Source of the DNA: an uncultured Aminicenantes bacterium
Lineage (GTDB): Bacteria > Acidobacteriota > Aminicenantia > UBA2199
Assembly (NCBI GenBank): GCA_965195285.1
Contig: CBDAFS010000012.1
Span: forward strand, 64,001-128,000
DNA length: 64,000 nt
Direction: 5' to 3'
In this document: in pieces, positions 58,571 to 64,000 of the stretch
Layout: every line of letters begins with the position of its first letter
How positions within the stretch are numbered: position 1 is the stretch's first letter
The notes under the pieces: generated by a model
Database searches by the model: none
What the model was told of the DNA's origin: nothing
What the model saw: the letters and a program-made list of their open reading frames with translations, nothing else
Position numbers and translations under genes: made by a program

Positions 58571-59992
58571 TCAGCGGTTCAGCTTCTCGGCCATGTTTCG
58601 GATAATCTCCCAGGCCCGGTCAACATGTTTTTTTTCAATCCGGGTCTGACCGATAACCAGACGCAGGGTGTATTTCCCATTGAGCTTGGTATGGGTCAGG
58701 TATATTTTATTTGATTTGTTGATGCTTTCCAACAGGGTCGTATTTATCCGGTTCAGAATTTCCTCATCATCTATTCCCCGGGGATGGTATCTGAAACAGA
58801 GGGTGGCCAGGGGTACCGGGGCCAACATTTCAAAATTTTCCGATTTGCTGATTTCCACTTCCAGCTCCCGGGCCCAGCGGATATGGTCCCTGATCTTTTC
58901 CTGAAGCCCCGTAACCCCGAAATGACGGATGACAAACCACAGTTTCAGGGCCCGGAATCTTCTACCCAGCTGAATTCCCCAGTCCCGGTAGTTGTTGACC
59001 CGCTGGTCTTCCGGGGTTTTTAAATATTCCGGTGAAATTTCAAAGGTCCGGATCAGGGATTCAGAGCTCTTTACAAAATAAGCCGAACAATCAAAATTGG
59101 TGAACATCCATTTGTGGGGATTGAATACAAAGCTGTCCACCTGCTCCATACCCTCGATCATCCAGCGATTCTCCGGGAGCAGGAGTGCGGTACCGGCATA
59201 GGCAGCATCTACATGGAGCCAGATATTATACTTGCGGGCGATGCGGGCGATGGGTTTAAGGGGGTCGATAGCAGTGGAGCCGGTGGTGCCGATGGCTGCC
59301 ACTATGGCCAGCGGGTTGTGGCCGTGGTCCAGATCCTCGGTGATGGCTTGCTCCAGGGCCTGGGGAATCATGGCCTGTTGCTCATCCACCCTGATTTTCC
59401 GGAGGTTGTTCTTGCCGATTCCGGCGATTTTCACATCTTTTTCAATTGAAGAGTGACTCTCCCGGGAACAGTATACCCTGAATGTTTTCTTCCCGAACAG
59501 TCCCTGCTCATTGGTTTTGAAATCAGAATGCTGTTCCCGTGCCGTTAATAATGCACACAGGGTAGCGGTTGAAGCCGTGTCTTGAATGACCCCGGAAAAA
59601 TATTCCGGGATTCCGATCATCCCCCCCAGCCATTGCATTAACCTCTCTTCCAGCTCGGCAGCAGCCGGGGAGGTCACCCAGCTCATACACTGGGCGCCCA
59701 TGGTGGCGGTCAACATCTCAGCCAAAATGGAGGGGCAGCTGTTGTTGGCGTTAAAATAGGCAAAAAACCCGGGATGTTGCCAGTGCGTCATTCCGGGCAG
59801 GATGATGGTCTTGAAATCGTTTAAAATTGTGTCCATGGATTCACCCTGCAGGGGGGGGTGTTCCGGAAGGTTCCGGATAACCTCACCGGGTTTCAGCCGG
59901 GATTTTACCGGATATTGTTCAATATTCTCAAGATATTCTGCCATCCAGTCCACCATTTCATGGGCATATTTTTTGAATTCTTCGATATTCAT
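58571..59992 (-). CDS. Group II PLP-dependent aromatic L-amino acid decarboxylase
   Basis: THWQHP, SPAAAELE, HSS, HVDAAYAG, NPHKW and GRRFRALKLW motifs. Confidence 0.92.
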   Translation of the reverse strand: MNIEEFKKYAHEMVDWMAEYLENIEQYPVKSRLKPGEVIRNLPEHPPLQGESMDTILNDFKTIILPGMTHWQHPGFFAYFNANNSCPSILAEMLTATMGAQCMSWVTSPAAAELEERLMQWLGGMIGIPEYFSGVIQDTASTATLCALLTAREQHSDFKTNEQGLFGKKTFRVYCSRESHSSIEKDVKIAGIGKNNLRKIRVDEQQAMIPQALEQAITEDLDHGHNPLAIVAAIGTTGSTAIDPLKPIARIARKYNIWLHVDAAYAGTALLLPENRWMIEGMEQVDSFVFNPHKWMFTNFDCSAYFVKSSESLIRTFEISPEYLKTPEDQRVNNYRDWGIQLGRRFRALKLWFVIRHFGVTGLQEKIRDHIRWARELEVEISKSENFEMLAPVPLATLCFRYHPRGIDDEEILNRINTTLLESINKSNKIYLTHTKLNGKYTLRLVIGQTRIEKKHVDRAWEIIRNMAEKLNR

Positions 59993-60177
59993 CGTGTCTA
60001 CTGATCGCTCCTTATTTTCTGATATTCACGCAATCATTGCGGAAGTCGGTGATTTATATTTTATCATTGATTGATATCGGGTTCAATCGGATTCAGCTGA
60101 TTCCGGTATTATTGATTTCAGGGTTGGTTGAGGCAAGTTCTTTCTTTTTCGCTGATTCCGTAATATAATGACAAGTA

Positions 60178-61488
60178 ATGTCAACCGGATACGGTAGTAA
60201 AATTTATAGAAAAAGAAAAAACCGCATGATTCCCGTACTGGTATTCACAGTGTTACTGGCGGCCATTTTATTTTTGAGATTATTCGTGGCAAAGACAGCC
60301 CGGTCGAATACCCCGGAAAGGGCTAAAATTAAAAATGAACAGAGCCTGATTTCCGAACCAGGCCCAGAAGATAAAAACCTTATTCAGTACCACTCCCGGC
60401 TATCCGGACCTGATGGGAAAGAAGCGGAATCTTTCCGGAAATCTGACGGGATGACTGACGGCCATCCGGCTGATGGTCAGCAGGAGGAGGCTGGTTTCAA
60501 TGCGCAAATCGGGAACCAGCTTCTCCAGGCCCGTTCTTACTTCCGGCACCGACAATATCGAAAAGCGCTCGAACTTTTTGAATCCATTGAAGGATCAGCT
60601 GAAAATTACTGGGTTGAAATGGGCCAGTGCCATTATTTCCTGGAAGATTTTAAGAATGCCCGGCTGTATTTTCAGAGGGCATTGCTGAGTCAGCCGGATG
60701 ATTTCGCGGCTAAGAAATTTATGGCTTTTACCTGCTATCACCTGGATCAGCTTGAAACCAGCCTGCAATTTGCCCGGGAAGCCCTTGTCATAAGCCCGGA
60801 CAAAGAACTTCAGGCTTTCATATCCAGGCTTGGCAGAGAAGTGGACCTGATGAAGGGGTATGCGGATAAACAAACACCCAATTTTAAAATCATTTTCAGC
60901 CGCAGTGAACATGGTGATATCAAACACACGGTCATTGATATTCTGAATAATGCCTACCGCACCATCGGGAAAAAATTGGGACATTTTCCGGAGAAAACCA
61001 TCTCGGTTGTACTTTATAATGAACGGCTTTTTTTTGATATCACCCGGGCCCCGGCCTGGGCGGGTGGTTTGTTTGATGGGAAAATCAGAATCCCGATCAA
61101 GGGAATCAGGGGCCGGGAAGAATTACTCAAGAGGGTGCTCTTTCACGAATATACCCATGCCCTGGTTCATGATCTGACTCCCAGCTGTCCGTTATGGATC
61201 AATGAAGGTCTGGCTGAATATTTTTCCGCCCGGTATCCGAAAGTCATTGGCCAGGTGATCCCCCTGACTCAATTGGCAAAGGGATTTTCATTCCGGGATT
61301 CGAGAATGGTGGCCCTGGCCTACCTGGAGAGTTATTCGGCTATCTCTTTTTTAATTTCAAAATTCGGCATGTACCGGATCCGGGAATTGCTGGAAGCCCT
61401 GGGTAAGGGAAGCGATTTCCCCGAGGCTTTTGAAACGGTTTTTCTGATCCGTTACGAAAAATTTCTGAAAACCTGGGGCAAATACTGA
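60178..61488 (+). CDS. TPR-containing peptidase MA-family metalloprotease-like protein
   Basis: N-terminal TM, TPR helices, HEYTH and WINEGLAEY motifs. Confidence 0.85.
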   Translation: MSTGYGSKIYRKRKNRMIPVLVFTVLLAAILFLRLFVAKTARSNTPERAKIKNEQSLISEPGPEDKNLIQYHSRLSGPDGKEAESFRKSDGMTDGHPADGQQEEAGFNAQIGNQLLQARSYFRHRQYRKALELFESIEGSAENYWVEMGQCHYFLEDFKNARLYFQRALLSQPDDFAAKKFMAFTCYHLDQLETSLQFAREALVISPDKELQAFISRLGREVDLMKGYADKQTPNFKIIFSRSEHGDIKHTVIDILNNAYRTIGKKLGHFPEKTISVVLYNERLFFDITRAPAWAGGLFDGKIRIPIKGIRGREELLKRVLFHEYTHALVHDLTPSCPLWINEGLAEYFSARYPKVIGQVIPLTQLAKGFSFRDSRMVALAYLESYSAISFLISKFGMYRIRELLEALGKGSDFPEAFETVFLIRYEKFLKTWGKY

Positions 61489-61492
61489 ATCC

Positions 61493-62134
61493 ATGACTGC
61501 GGATCCGGGAATGTATTTCACTGTGAACAAAAATACCGGACCCCGGGAGATCAGGGAAAAGGGATCCCGATTTATCGCTTTTTTATATCCGGTCAAGGGT
61601 GATTTCCAGGCTTCCAAAATTAGGAGGGACCTTTGGAAAAAACATCATGATTCCACCCATATCTGCTGGTCCTACCGGATATTTGACCCGGATGCGGAGA
61701 GATTCCGTTATGGTGATGACGGTGAACCCAGCGGGACTGCCGGGATGCCGATATATTATGAAATCAAGGGCCGGGAATATTTTAATGTCCTGTTGGTGGT
61801 GATCCGCTATTTTGGGGGAGTAAAGCTGGGAACCGGCGGTCTGGCCAAGGCTTATGCCCGGGCAGCCCGGGAGGTTCTGGCTGTTTCTCAGCCCATGGTC
61901 CAGTATGTCAGACAGAAGGTCTCGGTTTTATTTCCCTTTGGATTCACCGGTGAGATGCGACAGTTGATCCAGCAATTTTCCCTGGAAATTGTCGAGCAGG
62001 AATACACTTCAGATGGGGTCCGGATGCTTCTGGAAATCCCCCTGGTTCGACTGGAGGAAGTGAAGAGAGAATTGATTGAAAGGAGCCGGGGTTTGGTGAG
62101 ATTGAAAATTGAACCGACTGGAACCGTCGAATGA
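61493..62134 (+). CDS. yigZ: YigZ/IMPACT family protein
   Basis: KGSRF, DDGEPSGTAG and RYFGGVKLGTGGL motifs. Confidence 0.92.
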   Translation: MTADPGMYFTVNKNTGPREIREKGSRFIAFLYPVKGDFQASKIRRDLWKKHHDSTHICWSYRIFDPDAERFRYGDDGEPSGTAGMPIYYEIKGREYFNVLLVVIRYFGGVKLGTGGLAKAYARAAREVLAVSQPMVQYVRQKVSVLFPFGFTGEMRQLIQQFSLEIVEQEYTSDGVRMLLEIPLVRLEEVKRELIERSRGLVRLKIEPTGTVE

Positions 62135-63496
62135 TCATTTTTTTATACTTTTCTCAACCAGGATATCCCATTGTTTCAGTTTTCGTTTCAGGGTGGATAG
62201 GCTTAAACCCAGAGCTTCGGCAGTCCGCGTCTTGTTGTATTGAGAACGCTTGAGCACATCCAGAACATAGTCACGGATGTAAAGGTCCAGGGGGATGATC
62301 TTTTTTTCCAGGATCAGGGTTTCCGGGGATTCCCCAATGGCCGGTTCGATTTCATCGCCTAAACTATGGTAAATCAGTTTTTTCTCCAGGCGATTTCTCA
62401 ATTCCCGGACATTTCCTTTCCAGTGGAAGTTTTTCAGGTTTTCGAAAGACAAAGGAGGGGTCAACTTCTTCTTGCCCATTTTCAATATAAGTTTATTCCA
62501 TAGATGTTTGGCAATAAGGGGAATGTCCTCCTTTCTTTCTCTCAAAGGGGGAATGACAATATTAAATACGGCTATCCTGAAGTATAGATCCTCCCGGAAA
62601 CGTTTGGCATCGACTTCGGTTTTCAAGTGTTTATTGGTTGAAGCCAGGATGCGAACATCGACGTTGACTTCTTTGATTCCTCCCAGTTTGATATAAGAAC
62701 CCTCTTCCAGGACCCGTAACAATTTGGCCTGGAATTCAATGGGCATTTCCCCGATTTCATCCAGGTGTAAGATACCGAAATTGGCCATTTCAAAGAATCC
62801 GGGTTTTTCTTTATAGGCCCCGGTAAAAGCTCCTTTTTCATATCCGAAAAATTCCGATTCAAACAGGTTTTCAGGAATGGAAGCGCAGTTGACGCTGATA
62901 AATTGTTTGTCACTTCGGCTGCTCTCCAAAAAAATATTCCTGGCTATGAGTTCTTTGCCGGTTCCGGTCTCACCTTCAATCAAAACCGGACTGTCAGACT
63001 GGCTAATCAGACTGATCATTTTTCTGATTTTAACCATTTCCGGACTTTGTCCGATTATTTTATAGGCTGTCTTTTGATATGATCCCAGTACCTGCTGGGA
63101 ATATTCCAGTTGAAACAGACGGTTGGCGTTCTGGATTCTTTTCAATAGTTTTTCCAGGTCTATGGGCTTTTCAAGAAAATCAAATGCCCCTTTGCGGATA
63201 TATTCGTTTATCCGTTGATCTGATCCGTAAGCGGTCATCAGGATCATCTTGGTCTTTATATTTTTCTTCATTATGTGCTCGGAAATGGAGGTACCCTCTC
63301 CATCCGGCAATTTCTTGTCTACCAGGGCCACATGAATGGTGTGGTGCTCCAGATACCGGATGGCCTCATCGCATCGCTCGGCTGCATATACCCGATAGCC
63401 TTTGGATTCCAGAAAATCCTTCAATGAAGAAGCCAGCAGTTTATCATCTTCGGCCAGCAGCAAGGGGATCAGTTCTTTATTTGAGATTGAATTCAT
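62135..63496 (-). CDS. NtrC-type sigma54-dependent response regulator
   Basis: Receiver domain (EDD, D, TAY, KP), GETGTGKE, GAFTGA and C-terminal HTH. Confidence 0.93.
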   Translation of the reverse strand: MNSISNKELIPLLLAEDDKLLASSLKDFLESKGYRVYAAERCDEAIRYLEHHTIHVALVDKKLPDGEGTSISEHIMKKNIKTKMILMTAYGSDQRINEYIRKGAFDFLEKPIDLEKLLKRIQNANRLFQLEYSQQVLGSYQKTAYKIIGQSPEMVKIRKMISLISQSDSPVLIEGETGTGKELIARNIFLESSRSDKQFISVNCASIPENLFESEFFGYEKGAFTGAYKEKPGFFEMANFGILHLDEIGEMPIEFQAKLLRVLEEGSYIKLGGIKEVNVDVRILASTNKHLKTEVDAKRFREDLYFRIAVFNIVIPPLRERKEDIPLIAKHLWNKLILKMGKKKLTPPLSFENLKNFHWKGNVRELRNRLEKKLIYHSLGDEIEPAIGESPETLILEKKIIPLDLYIRDYVLDVLKRSQYNKTRTAEALGLSLSTLKRKLKQWDILVEKSIKK

Positions 63497-63999
63497 TTTA
63501 TTGTTTTATTGGGAATATATATTCCGAACTTGGCTCCCTTTCCGCTCTCCGGTTGCTCGGCCCTGATGGTGCCTCCCATGCGGGTCATCAGTTTCAGAGA
63601 AATGGAAAGTCCGATACCGCCCCCCCGATCCTTGGTGGTGTAGAAGGGGGAAAATATTTTTTCCATCACTTCTTCCGGGATCGGGGGCCCATTATTCCGG
63701 TATACCAGCTTGATATAGTATTCATCTATGCTTTCTATATAGAGCTTGATTTCTCCACCACTTTCAAGAATTTGAATTGAGTTTTTCAACAGATTCAGGA
63801 TGATTTGAAAGAAAGCCACTTCATCAATGGAGGCGAAAATGTCATCCTTAACCAGGTTTCTGAATCGGATACTTTTCTGTTTTAGAATTTCCTGGTTTTG
63901 ATGATACAGATCATCGATGATGGATTTTAAATCGATGGTCTTCAATTCCAGTTTGCTCTCATTGGAGATATCCCGGATGCGTTTCAAAAAAACGGACAG
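63493..63999 (-). CDS. Sensor histidine kinase (HATPase_c), 5' truncated by the window edge
   Basis: N-box NLLKNS, NNGPPI, FSPFYTTK and GGGIGLSIS; frame open to the window end. Confidence 0.9.
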   Translation of the reverse strand: MSVFLKRIRDISNESKLELKTIDLKSIIDDLYHQNQEILKQKSIRFRNLVKDDIFASIDEVAFFQIILNLLKNSIQILESGGEIKLYIESIDEYYIKLVYRNNGPPIPEEVMEKIFSPFYTTKDRGGGIGLSISLKLMTRMGGTIRAEQPESGKGAKFGIYIPNKTIK

Positions 64000-64000
64000 T

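Noticed and set aside
63079-63780. 233-aa plus-strand ORF and other long antisense ORFs (e.g. 27076..27591, 30238..30774, 34295..34882)
   Set aside because: They are shadows of well-supported genes on the opposite strand, with no motifs of their own.
1-64000. CRISPR array, rRNA or tRNA genes
   Set aside because: No regularly spaced repeats or recognisable structural RNA motifs were seen, and intergenic gaps are short. A covariance-model scan was not run.

Overview
Chromosomal segment of a diderm, probably anaerobic bacterium. The gene content is reminiscent of Acidobacteriota/Aminicenantes or deltaproteobacteria, but that is an impression only. The core genes are a 2-oxoacid:ferredoxin oxidoreductase operon, MscS, PBP1A, BatA/DUF58, a DUF1998 helicase, clpB, an FHA-sigma54 activator, rlpA, an 11-gene Mrp antiporter, fhs, purD-purE-mtaB-rsmA, MoxR-DUF58-transglutaminase, an aromatic amino-acid decarboxylase, yigZ and a two-component system. 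Two visibly AT-richer accessory regions interrupt the core. (i) About 2.95-4.77 kb: tsaA plus a RAYT-like HUH (Y1) transposase with 24-bp inverted ends, bracketed by an 18-bp direct repeat. It is followed by an orphan Tat-leader peptide with a Tyr-X-Asx periodic core (RiPP candidate). (ii) About 35.9-49.7 kb: unrelated gene modules whose junctions each carry GGGGTCAGATCTT/AAGACCTGACCC-type motifs, ending in a solo copy of the transposase end. The best candidate for an undescribed system is this putative RAYT-associated, integron-like cassette array. No rRNA, tRNA or CRISPR array was seen. All calls come from reading motifs by eye; no database search was run.
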